This document shows, piece after piece, positions 37,171 to 51,420 of a DNA stretch of 64,000 nt. Each line of letters opens with the position of its first letter. Position 1 is the first letter of the stretch. Made by a program: the position numbers and the translations under genes. Under the pieces are notes generated by a model that saw only the letters and a program-made list of their open reading frames with translations, ran no database searches and was not told where the DNA came from. Location: the NCBI GenBank assembly GCA_010405405.1, contig MU004238.1:1809530-1873529 (forward strand), written 5' to 3'. Origin of the DNA: Microthyrium microscopicum. Taxonomy: Eukaryota.

Positions 37171-37322
37171 CTTTATTTATGTCCCATCTCTCAACTTCAA
37201 ATACGATACGCTCTTGTGCTCTTGTCAACTTGAAGTTACTGATACACTCGTTGGCTCCAAATAATGCACCACTCCCTACGAATCTCTTTCATTCAGAAGC
37301 CTTCTCACTCTTTACTGCTATC

Positions 37323-37805
37323 CTAATGACCCGCCTCCATCTGCACCGCTCCATCAACATCCCCTAACCAGCCAGGCCTCCTCTTCGTAAACAACTCCCC
37401 TCGCGGCTTCAACTTCTCCATCGCATCGCCATCGAGTACCCCAATCTTTACAATGATCAGATCAGCTAATGTCGGCGACTCACTCCACATCGTACAACCA
37501 CAGTTCCCACAAAAGCTGATACTCGTCACATTTCCGCTCCCGCCTGGCGTCTCATAGACTTTAGGCTCGCCAGCAACGATGGTGAAGGCCGATTTAGGGA
37601 AGATCGCATTTGCTGAGTATGCTGAACCAGAATACTTTTTACAGTTTTCACAATGGCAGAGACTCTAAGTGAGGTTAGCCCCCCTGGGAAAGTATGGATC
37701 GAGTGGTGGATGGGAGAGGGAAAGACTTACAGTCTTTGCTGGTTCGCCTGTAATTTCAATTCTGATGGCGGCGCATTTGCAGCTTCCGGTATACGTTGCT
37801 GCCAT
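37323..37805 (-). CDS. GFA / Mss4-like (CENP-V/GFA) Zn protein
   Basis: YTGSCKCAAI...|SLCHCENCKKYSGSAYS...FCGNCGCTMW...VKIGVLD...ELFTKRRPGW. One intron. Confidence 0.9.
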
Positions 37806-38626
37806 TTTGGGCGATGTTGTGAAGAAGTTGCGTTTTTGGTTGACTGTTCGCGAGTTATCGGGGGCATTTGCGTATGCTGACTGTTGAGTTGCTGACTTGT
37901 TTGATCTTGATGCATGATGCACATGGTTCATGGTCGAAGCATCTCTTGACACCATTTGATTTGCTTACCGGGTGCAGGCCTAGCTACGCGATGCATATCA
38001 ACATCAAGGTAAGCACTAGGCGCAACGGATAAGTTATGGATGAATTTTTCTGCAAGATATCATTGCTCTCAAGCATCAACTTCCCTGCTGGGATCATGAA
38101 TGATGATGGTACACCCTACTATTGGTCTCTTCAATATCCCTCGACGGGGAGGCAGCAAAGAACACATGAAAGATTGGGTTCATATCAAATTCTAGTGCAT
38201 TTCGAGAGGCTGGGGTAGCTAACAACGGCCCCAGTCTAGATTTACTGTACCTTTTAAAAGTAAGCTCAAGCTCCAGGACCATACCTGTACGACCTACATA
38301 GTCCGCCCTCTGCTCGAGCCTCCGACCACGAGTGATATTTCTGAAGTCATTCGGGGAGGGCGCCTATACGAAGATAATTGGCTCATGTAGTTCGAAAAGC
38401 AGCTCCACTTCACTCCACATGGTTCAAGTAACTTAGAAGGCAGAGCTACCCTCGGTTCAGATATCCCCGCGATTGACCATACCAGACTATGAAGTAATCT
38501 TACTCCAGTTCAGACCTATATAGTGAACATCTCGCCCTCTGATCTTGGTTTACCGTTACTTCCCAAATCTCTGATAAATCAACCTTCCAAAACTTACTAC
38601 ATTCAATTACCATACCAAACTATACC

Positions 38627-40279
38627 ATGTCCGACGACACAGCAGCCATCAAGCAGCTCGAAGAAGCACTCGCCATCCAAAAGAAAGCATTTCTCAAAAA
38701 CCAATGTCCCTCCGCCGAAGAACGAAAAGCCAATGTTGGTAAGATTCCTGCCATGGTTCTGTCCAATCGCGATGCTATTCGAGAGGCTTTGAACAAGGAC
38801 TTTGGAAACCATGCTCAGACAACTACGGACTTGGTAGAAGTTCTGGGTGTGGCGGGAAGAGCAGCATACGTTATTTCCAAGATTGATGAATGGATGAAGT
38901 ACGATAGGAGAGACATGGACGCACAGATGTATGGTGATGGAATAGGAGAGGTGCGGTATCAACCGAAGGGTGTGATTGGGAACATTGTTCGTAAGTATAT
39001 TTCCTTTTCTCAACTAGTCTCTCATGGCTTTGATATGCGATTTTGTATCACTCTTTCTTCATACGGTTATTGGAACTGGAGGGAAGCAATTGCATCATGC
39101 CACGACAGCATAGAAGCCTTCAGCAGAATATCCAGATACGCTCTCCTCCATTATAGCTGTATCGCATATTGCAGAGAACTCAACTAACCAGCAAAAGCAT
39201 GGAACTTCCCCGTCGACCTCTCCCTCGGACCCCTATGCGAGATGCTCGCCGCCGGCAACCGCGTAATCATCAAGCCCAGCGAATTCACGCCCAACATCGG
39301 CGCCCTCCTCGCCAAAATGATCAGCGATGCCTACCCAGCCGACCTCGTCACCGTCATCAACGGCGGTCTCGACCTCTCCAAACGCTTCTCCCAACTCAAA
39401 TTCAACCACATCCTCTACACCGGCAACCCAGCCGTCGGCAAGCTAGTCATGGGCGAAGCCGCAAAGAACTTGACTCCTGTGACCTTGGAACTGGGCGGCA
39501 AGTGTCCAGTGATCATGACAAAAGGCAGCGTGAATGCAGAAAATGTAGAGAATATTTTGGGCACGAAGATGTTGAAGAATGGGCAGATGTGCATTACGCC
39601 TGATTACGTGCTTGTGCCAGAAGGTGATGTGGAAGCGTTCACCGGCGCCGCGGAGAAGTTGTTTATGGAGAAATTGCCGAATTATGCGCAAAATGCTGAT
39701 AATACGGGTATTATTTCGGAGAGGCATTTGAAGCGGATTACAGGTATGATTGAGGAGGCGGAGAAGGCTGGCGTCAAGTCCATTGAGCTTGGTGGCGAGG
39801 CTGCGAAAGATAACAGCAAGAGACAACTGCCGATGACTCTGCTTGTGAATCCGGGGCGCGATCTCAGCGTCATGAAGGAAGAGATCTTTGGACCTGTATT
39901 GCCTATTATCCCGTATAGCAACCTGGAGGATGCCATTGACGAGGTCAATGATGGCGAACGCCCGCTTGGGCTGTATGTATACTCTGATGACTTGGATGCT
40001 GCGAACAAGATTATTGATAACACGAATTCTGGCGGTGCAGCTATCAATTGTGCGGCGATGCAAGGAGCGCTGCCATCACTGGGATTTGGCGGAAGTGGTA
40101 ACTCGGGCATGGGTAGACATCATGGCGTAGAAGGTTTCAGAGAGTTCAGTAACCCGAGGGGAGTTGTTACGAGGGATGCGAAGAGGCAGGATATGATTGC
40201 TGCGTTTATGCCACCATTTGCGGCTTTGGGTCAGCCAATGGCAGATGCTGCGTATAAACAAGCTATGGGTTTGGCCTGA
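38627..40279 (+). CDS. Aldehyde dehydrogenase, coniferyl-aldehyde dehydrogenase (CalB/ALDH3)-like
   Basis: YQPKGVIGNIV|PWNFP, LAAGNRVIIKPSE, LTPVTLELGGKCP, NGQMCITPDY (catalytic Cys), EEIFGPVLP and FGGSGNSGMGRHHG.EGFREFS. One intron, 38991-39197. Confidence 0.92.
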
Positions 40280-40411
40280 ACGAGCTTCACAAGAATAAGA
40301 CTCTAGTCACTACTATGTAAGAGTGTTGAATGTCACTCATTGATTCTAAAGGAGTTCATACCTATCATCGTGACCGTACTCATTACCCACATGAAAGCAG
40401 ATGAGCTAGTC

Positions 40412-42470
40412 TCAATCTCTCCGAATCTTAACAACAGGTCCTTTGTAAACATGCCGTCCATGAACATAGTACAGCACAACAGAAAATCCGACTACCACAG
40501 CATACACCAAACTAGACCAATTCATGTTTTGAGGGTTAAGACCTGCCTTGCTTGTAGGGAAGAAGCTCATAACAAACACAAATATGATGTAGCAGACTGA
40601 GAAAATGTTGATGGGAAGAGCGAATGCGCCCATACTCCAGCGGCTTGGTGGTAGTGGCTCCTTACGAATGCGTTTAAGAAGAATGCATCCGATGGAGATC
40701 AAGTAGGACGTAAACTCTGCAGCTACCAGAAGACTTGAGATTGAGTTGAAGGCTGCGGTCGATCCGATGTTGATCAAGCTGATGAGGACCGCGATTGAGA
40801 GGGAGACTAGAAGGGAGTTTAGGGGAATTTCTACGCCGACTTTGACGACCTGGTTACATCATTTTAGCAAAGCTTTTGATTTATGATGCTATGAGCCTCG
40901 TACCTTGCTCCAAATGTGTGGGAACGGAAGGCCATCATCACGAGCGAACGCGAAAGCTTGTCGTGAGGCAGTAGCCAGCTGGCTGATACCGCAGCATATC
41001 AGTAGCAAGATGAGTATTACACTCATGACTATTGTGCCTGCTTTTGAACCAGTAGTAGCGTAGAACACTTCGATGAATGGATATCCTGTGGTTGTCATCA
41101 GGGCAGCTGGAAGATCGGTGATGCAGAAGCAAAAGGTTACAACTGCGACGAAACCTAAAACTCCGTTCAAGATGACTGTTGATATCATAACGCGAGGGAC
41201 TGTTCTTGAAGCATCGTGGACTTCCTCAGCTGTAAAACGATTAGTATTGGGATACCTTGATACCGAAGCTTCCCATACCCATATGCGCAGCGCCATCAGG
41301 TCCTGATTTGCGATTAGCTATTGTTTAGACAGTTCTGATACAGTTCTTACCAATAAATGAGAACACAGTAGCCAACTGAGCGATCATACAAGCGCTTCCA
41401 ACCGATGACCAACCGCCACCATTGTAAAACTGAGTAAAGACAACTTTCGCTGGCACTTTTGGTCCTATTGCCCAAAGTGGTATGATAATAGCAAAAAACC
41501 CAGCGATATGTAGAACCAAAATAATGCCTTCGAATAGTGGAAGATGCTTTGCGCCAATCGTGTTGACCAATGTGCATACGAACAGAACGGCAATCATGAG
41601 AAGTGTGCCCTCCCATCTTGTCGGCGTGTATGTCTCATAGTTCAGTACAAGGAGGCCCTGTATCATAGTCGCGGAGAGGTAGGATGCTGCTGCTACGCCG
41701 CATTGCCAGCCTAGCGCAGAAGTCCAGCCTGATAATTGATGTATTAGCTCAAGCTCGGTGATTGTCCGGTGTCGAACTTGAAAGGCTTACCAACTAAATA
41801 GCTGAGGAATCTCTGTTTGCTTTTTGGTGCGAATTCAGAAACCCAATCTAATGGGCACATTAGCGTTCTCAAAAGAAATCGGAGTTTTCAATCGTCCAGC
41901 TTACGATATTGTCCTCCAGTAGTCGGAGCCCTATAGCTATTAGAGATGGAAATCGCATGATATGCTTGTTACTGACATTGAGGCCATATCAGCCATAGAC
42001 GAAATGACTGCGCCGAAGCAGAACGTTGTCGCGAAGAAAGTCCATACGAAACCCTGAAGTAACACGATCAGTCGCTGCGACGGTTATGTATCTTTCTATC
42101 AATGAGCGCGTACCGCAAGTCCGCCGTCAACAAGAGCAAGACCAGCAGATCTATGATCATTAATAAGTTCCACGTTTGGAAGATAGTGAGGGTGATACTC
42201 ACACAAAGACAGCCTCCCAAGTTGCCATAAGAGTAGATGTGAATCCAAGAATTGTCAGATACTTGAAGTTTCGCTACATCGCAAACGACAGTTAGCATAG
42301 TCTTCTTCAATGACTAGTACTTATGTGTATACCTGGAACTGCTGCTTTTTCCCCAACCTCGCCATATCCTCAGCATCATGGGCAGTCCCATTAGCCAAAT
42401 CGATTGAACTCGGTGGACTTGAAGTATCAAGTTCCTTGACCTCTCGATGTACGCTCTTTGGTTCATCCAT
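40412..42470 (-). CDS. APC-family amino-acid/GABA/choline permease
   Basis: DMARLGKKQQFQ, SMADMASM..PTTGGQY.WVSEFAP, GPDGAAHM|AEEV..ASRTVPR, ASRQAFAFARDDGLPF and INIGSTAAFN. Multi-exon. Confidence 0.9.
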
Positions 42471-42527
42471 CTTCACCTTCTAAACGAGTAAAACAGAAGA
42501 TATTGAAATGAAGTAAGAAGACGACGC

Positions 42528-42556
42528 AAGTCACGAAAGTCACGAAAGTCACGAAA
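42528..42556. repeat. 9-bp tandem repeat (AAGTCACGA)x3 upstream of the permease
   Basis: aagtcacgaaagtcacgaaagtcacgaaa, about 60-85 nt upstream of ATG 42470. Confidence 0.7.
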
Positions 42557-43928
42557 CCAGGTGTGCAGTAAATAATCAGCAAATGACAACGGCCATCAAC
42601 ATTTATTCACCCATTGTTCGACTTGATGGCTTGGTTGTACGATGAGCTAAGTAACTAGTACCGTATGTACTACAGCTCTAAACATTTTCATGTGGCCGAC
42701 AAAGAAAGCTTTTGCTTTTTTTTCCGCCTCGTACACGATCTGGCTATTTGTATTGGTCGCGGAAGATGCATCGCACATATAAATGTCCCGTCGAGGCGGC
42801 TCACCCGCTTTAGCCAAGCTGGGTTGTTCGACTTCACAAAGAAAACTAGACCACTGCTTTTTCGGATTCGACACGCGCAAGAGAATATCAAACCTTGCGC
42901 GCACAATGTCAATTTTGAAAATCTTCATGGGCGCCGTCCGTGTCAAGTCTTCGACTATCAAAAATATTGATGGATGATCAGTAGACGTGAATTACCGCAG
43001 ATCGGTCATCTGTAGTAAGGAGAAGATAAGGTGCGATATACAACGATATAAGTGGGGGCAAGATCTGAGTTCCACGGACTCTTTGTAGTAGTATACATTA
43101 GTCTTATGCAGAAAGTTGTACAGCTTGGCCGAAAGTTCGTACCTTCGTCTCCAGGAATCTCATACGTCCGTTCGTTAACCAGTAGTACTTGAGGCTTACT
43201 TGGCGGCTGAAAGTCAACGTTGAAGTACCTTTAAAAACATTCATATCGCCAGTGTGTGCACACTCAAGTACGAAGATAAGATGGAGAGAAAAATGCAGAG
43301 TATGTCATTTCAAGTACAAACAGCCTCCCCGAAGCGTGATTTCAAAAAAATCCAAGTCGCTCAGAACAAAGCCAAAAACACAAACCCCCAAGGCAATAAT
43401 ATGTTACACGCCCAGAGACTGTTATATCTCACCGACCCTAAAATTATGCGCAAAAGTGATTTTTACTAACAGATCGCAACTCCACAAAAACAAAAAGATC
43501 CCATGGGGTATGTTGGGGTTACGAAAGCGAGTTTTGAAATGAGAAACTCGACCAAGTCTGGGAAACAAGAAGTAACAAGAAGAAAATTGATAAAAACAGG
43601 CCTATGCTTCAGTTCAATATACGGTGGAAGATATCGGACTGAGCAGGCAGGGTGACTTGGGCATGAGACATATGTGGACAGGTTCTTCATCCACGAGATG
43701 GGCGAGAGAGGATAGAGAGGGGAGCCGGGATAGAAAAATCGAGGGAAGCCTTTTGCTCAAGGTGAAGAAGGTTGGAAGCCATAGAGTCTCGTTGGAACAT
43801 AAACAAAATCATTATTCTGGATGGTAGATCTCATGATCAAACCCCTGGGACTCAAAGGCTTTGGATGCAGGTGCTTTCTCAACGCCAAACAATGCAAAAA
43901 CTAGTAAGCAAAACCAACGATGGCTGAA

Positions 43929-46061
43929 TTAGCTTTGCTTGCCACGTTTGGCACCACCCATTTGAGGACTGGGTTTCACCTTCTTGGAAGTGGTCCCGTT
44001 TACGCCATCATCCTCGCCTTTGACGTTAGGCTGGGTACTTCGCCGCCGTTTGGTGGTGATGTTCGGACTTGTGTTCGCGCTGAGACCAGAGGCGCTGCCT
44101 TGCTGACTTCTTTGAGTTGTCATGGGCGGCGCCATGTGAGATAGCCCTGGCGATTGTGTTGCTCCCATGGGATTTGAGCCGGAAGCGACTCGCGGAGACC
44201 CGTTAACACCAGCTCCAGGAAGTAAGGATGCTTGCATTGCAGGAGACATGATCATTTGGTGCCCACTCATCATCGCACCATTCATGAGTCGGTTGTTTTG
44301 CTGTAGGCTTGCAGAATTGTTGCTCTGCTCCTGTTGGCTTTTCACTAGTTGTTGGAATTGTTGATGCTGGACTGAATGTTGCTGGACATACGCCTCTAAT
44401 GCAGTACTAACATCGCCACTAGGATTTTCTGTTCGAGTTTCCTTAAAGAAAGCCATCAGATCTTGCATCAGAATAAACGTCTCTGCTACCTATAAAGAAC
44501 GTAAGCAAAATGGCGGACTGTCGCGATTGAGGCGTGAACTTACTTCCAACCATAGCTGAGTATCCTTGAGGATTCCCATGTCTGATATTGGGGACTCGGG
44601 CATTATTTTCGGTGGCTCTACAACTTGTTTTCCAGCCCCTTTTTTGAGTCCAGCATTCTTTGTCATCCTTGGTGACTTTGAAAGTGTAGCAGCAGCTTTT
44701 GTGCACATCTCTTGTACAATTCCACGAGAAAAGAACTGTTCGTGGCTTTCGGACTCGAACAAGAAAGAATCCATTTTCGGTTCAACTTGGGCGTTGTTCA
44801 CAGGCGCAAAGATTGCTTTGAGTCGACCAGTAATGATTACCTAGCGCGGTTAGTGTGGTACTTCAGAGTACAATCTTGGGATACTCACTTGACCTTGTTC
44901 TTTGATGGAATAAACCATTCGTGCTCTTTCAGCGTAGAGGCCATGAGCGGTGGCGTTCCCGGTGGTAGTAACAATTTCTTCTGTGCCTTCCAAAATCAAT
45001 TGTATTTGCTCGACATTTCGGTCAAAATGGGCATGAAAGAACCGCGGAATGAGCGATCTGCAAATTTCATATTGCTTTGATTTTGTCTTTTCTCTGTCTT
45101 GACTTTCCGGTTCAGGTTGTTCATGGAGTAACAAGTATAGTGAGCCGGTGTCGCTGAAAAAATTGTTGATTAGGTTGGTCCAATGGCCCATGCTATTGTG
45201 GGTTTGATCAGACTGAACGATAAGAGTTAGCATATTACCAAGCTAGCATGTAACCAACTTACCAATCTAAACTTGTTGAGCTCGTCAGCAAATTTGTACA
45301 GACGTAATGAACATTTTGAAGATATTATCTCTTGTGTCTGCCTTATACGTTGGGCTAGAAGGTTCTGTTGGGCTTGTTGCTGTTGTTGTTGTAGTGCAAT
45401 CTGATTTTGTGGATTTCCTTGCTGTGGTGGCTCCCCTTGGGTTTGCTGCTGCTGAGCCTGCTGCTGCTGGGCAGATTGCTGTTGTTGTCTTTGTTGTTGC
45501 AATTGCAATTGTAGTTGCTGTTGTTGAGCTTGTGCTTGATTTTGAGCCGCCTGTGGTTGTTGTCCAGGAGCCGCAGGACCAGCAGGACCTTGGTTGGATT
45601 TCGGTGTTTGCGCTGAGGGACCTGAAGTTGGCTGATTTTGTAAGGGATGATTCAACTGGGATGTGCTAGCCGGTGGTGCTTGAGGTCCTGTCGATTGTGC
45701 TTGTGATGGCGTAGCTTGTTGCGGTTTCTGCGGCGGTGCTGGTGAAGACTGCGCTTCCCGAGATCCTCCCATTGCCGTGGATGGTCGCATTGGGCCAGAA
45801 GTCGGCGGCTGATGAGGTTGTCCCGGCATAGGCTGAGGTGTGGGATGGTTACTGGATTGTGAGTTCGCATGTTGCATTGCTTGAGCTTGAGCCATCTGCA
45901 CTTGTGCCTGCTGCTGTTGAGCTTGTGTAGCTGCCATATGCTGTTGCTGATTTGCTTGCTGCTGGACCATAATATTATGTTGCTGCTGCGCTCGAAACTG
46001 TTGGAGACTCGCCGAACTCATAGATTGCTGCATATGTGCCGGAACATGTTGGATCATTGAT

Positions 46062-46093
<32 letters not shown>

Positions 46094-46813
46094 TTGCTGT
46101 TGCTGTTGCTGTTGCATCGCCGCAATCTGCGCAGGATTCAAAGTATTCGGATGTCCCTGAAAGCCCATTGGCATGCCACCATGTTGTTGCTGGTGCTGCT
46201 GCAGTTGCTGCTGCTGGTGAAGCTGCTGCTGCTGGGCGTGTTGCTGCTGCTGGGCGTGTATCTGATGGTTTCTCATGATTGCCATCTGTTGTTGTCGTAG
46301 CTGCTGCTGTTGCATCATGTGATTATTCATGGGGTTTTGAGCAACTAATAATGATCAGCAAAAAGTCTCTTCAAGATGTTTTCGTTCTTGAGGAGCCATT
46401 GTGAAAACAGAGATCCGACAGGACAAGATGTCATCACAACTTTATTCTCGTGATAGCAGAGAACGTCGTGAGTCTGTCTCTGCCCAAGTCGTCCCTAGGT
46501 ATCATCGACAAACACGACTGGCTTGGAATAACTCACATTGCTGCATATTTGGCTGCTGTTGAACCATTGGACCACCAGGAGTAAGATGCGACATTGCATG
46601 GGCATTAGGTCCTCCGGGACCCATTACTGGTTGCATCCCGTTCATCATTGGGCCTCTCTGTGTTGCCATAGGACCACCTGGTCCCGATACCATATGCATC
46701 ATTTGGCCTTGGGCTATAGGCTGGCCAGGGTGGCCTTGACCTGGCCCCATTGGATGCCCTTGAGCCACTCCAGGATGCGGTATTCCGCCTGCGTTCGAAA
46801 AGAAGGTCGCCAT
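43929..46813 (-). CDS. Gln-rich LIM-domain-binding transcriptional co-regulator (PtaB/Adn1/Mfg1-like)
   Basis: Poly-Q N-terminus; LRLYKFADEL, WTNLINNFFSDTG, KQYEI...IPRFF, MPESPISDMGI...LE|VAETFILMQDLMAF; C-terminal SANTSPNITTKRRRS. Confidence 0.8.
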
Positions 46814-48924
46814 TTTGACAGATATTCTCGAGGCCTACACGTCCTCTCCCGAGATCAAATCAGAGACCAGAGGCCTCCTTGCCACGCAATGAGCCAGGAG
46901 CCGCGATCCAATATTCCTCGCTCTTGCGATACGCAATTGGAGTCCCTAAATGTGATCCCGTTTCGAGGTATCCGCCACAACTTCTTGCGCGTAGAAAACT
47001 ATTGCGAAGTTCATGAATTGAGAGTGATGTTGAGCCAAGTATATCGGACAGCCGAGGAGACGAACTAGGAAACAATTAGTACAGTGCTGGGTCCTTGTAT
47101 GAGATGGCGCACCCTCAAACAGCGGCGACTTGATTGTATCCAAGGCAATTCGCGTGATGCAGTCCTGGACGCACAGGACGCGATAAGGGACAGAAATATG
47201 CGATATCAATTATTCCAGGAGCACTTGGGGCCTAACGTAATGCGTAGATTGACCAAGGAGATAGTATTGGACTGGTATAGTGCTGGATAAGTGGTAGAGG
47301 ACGGCCGTTCATCGGGATTTGACCAGGCAGAGTTTTGGAGTAGTAGAAGTGTCGCATTAACTGCAAAAACACGGGAAAGGCTTGCGATGGCGATAGGCCC
47401 CAGGCCCAGGGGAGAAACGGGCGGAGAGAGGAATTGCGGGCGGAATAAGAGGTAGTCTGAAGTGCCAGGAGAGTGAGTTAGTCGAACAGTGGAGTTGGAG
47501 AAGAGAGACGATCCATCCAGTGCAGAGGCTGGGCTTTGGCTTGGCTGCTGCTGGCACCACTACAGAGTCCAGGGCAAGATCCTTTACGGATAGCGGGGCT
47601 TAGCTAAGCCAACGTGACTTTTGAGCGAATCCATCGGCATCATCGGAAGTAGATTCTCTTACCAACAAAGATAAAAAAAGAAATGTAATAAACGTACAGC
47701 ACTGTTGATCTATACTCCGTACCATTCCGATAGGTTTTATGTCTCTCACAGACGAGCGCAAAGTATTGAAGTGAAGCGGCAAAGTCACACCACCCTGTGT
47801 CTGATAGCATAATCAAGTATTGTAAAACGGCAGCCAACCAGCCCTCTGCTTAAAGACAAATTACCCCTGCAGCTAGTTTAGTCACTCCAATTATCAACCT
47901 ACATTATGTATGTAGTCTACAGTACGGAGTTACTCTACTATTTGACGCAAAACTCCATTGTCCGGTCTGAAGCAAGCTTCCTACTTTTAGAAGTACATCC
48001 ATCTGGTAGCCATCACTCCGTCTAAGTAAGTACCTCCTGGAGTCCTAGCAAGGCCATACGAGGATCTTCATAGCTGCGAGGCTGAAACATCCCTTCTGTC
48101 TCACCTTCTTTCTGTCCGTAATCATTCAACCGATTCAACACTACTATCTTTCCCTGTTACATTTCAGCCTCGCGCACCGTCAAGTACCTCTTACTTTTAC
48201 TTGCTATCACTGGCATTCTCTATCGTGTTGTTTCCTTGACAGAACTTATAAAACTAAGAGATTATTCGCAGGTCAGATCTCTTCGTAGAAAACATCATGT
48301 CAAGTTGAACACGCATGGAAGCGCATATTCTTCTCGTCCCATCTCTCCTGCATCAAAAAACTTGCTCAGAATAGTGATATTGACCACACACTTCCATTAC
48401 ACCTTTCTCGAGATGAGTATCTCTTTGGACCTCGCTATCCATATCCAGCCCAATTGAGCGGCAAAATATATGGCTGACGTTTAACGACGTTGGCTCTCAT
48501 TGCTGATCAGCGCTTCTGAACAAAATATAGAGTACTGTACTTGATCATGCGCAGCAGTCACGAATCGCTAGAACAATGTGAACGCATTATTCTCGTCTTA
48601 CACCACACCAGGTATTGAATCCATATCAAGATGCAGCTAATATTTCCTGATTGTTGGAGTTTGTTGGAGTTTCGTGGGGCGGTAATGCAAGAGTGGGGGC
48701 TCCTATCCGTAGATTTAGTGCAGCATGACTATCTTTGCGAGCTTACTTGTGTAGCAGCTAGCTTGCTTGCCTGCCTGCCACTCGAGCTTCGCAACTCCAC
48801 CCCTCCAAATCTACTCCTACTTTCTATCTACTACTCCATCCACCACCTTAAGCTGTACTGAGCTCAATTTCCTTCCAAGAACCCTCGCTACCCTCGTTAA
48901 CCTCAGTCTCTCACATCCGACATT

Positions 48925-50817
<1,893 letters not shown>

Positions 50818-51420
50818 TTTTGGTCAAATATCTTTGCCGATTCAAGTCGGTTGATGAAGTTGTTGTGATGGGTTTATTATGGCGGCTACTATTACTGCCT
50901 TGCGGACCCTGCTAGAATTTGTTTTTGTGGATATAGTGCGTCTTGTCAATGATAATAGTCCTGCAGGCTATGATTTGATTCTGAAAAGTACTTGAGTCGT
51001 GTCTAAGAGATAGAGATACTACAAGTGGACAAGTGAGTCGAATGGCGTTCACAATAAGTCATTCCAGTCACATAGCAGGCGGCGCAGGTAAGCAGTCATG
51101 ATTTACTTCTAGATTGCATCGAGAGACTTCTCGAGAAATGTCATTAAATATGTAAAAGATTTGATCCCCAAAAGATATAAACAGCGGCAAACTTTTGCCT
51201 AGCCAACTATTCATGAACCAAAAAAACACAAGAGAAAAAAAATATTAAAAACTGGACGCCCGCAAGTAAATGCATCAATTCGTAAAGACATCAAAGGGCT
51301 CTGCTCTTCTACCTTTAGCCACACATATTTGCCACCATCATGAATAATCGAGTACAAAGGAAGGGTATATGGCGTAGAGTTATTGTCCTAGGAGGAAAAG
51401 AAAAAAAAATACCAAAAGAA

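Noticed and set aside
42647..43542. Overlapping 64-117 aa ORFs between the permease and the PtaB-like gene
   Set aside because: No motifs or consistent splice structure; compatible with chance ORFs.
45307..46330. (CTG/TTG)n repeats and poly-Leu/Val ORFs
   Set aside because: Reverse complement of the poly-Gln tracts of the PtaB/Adn1-like gene, which are normal for that family.
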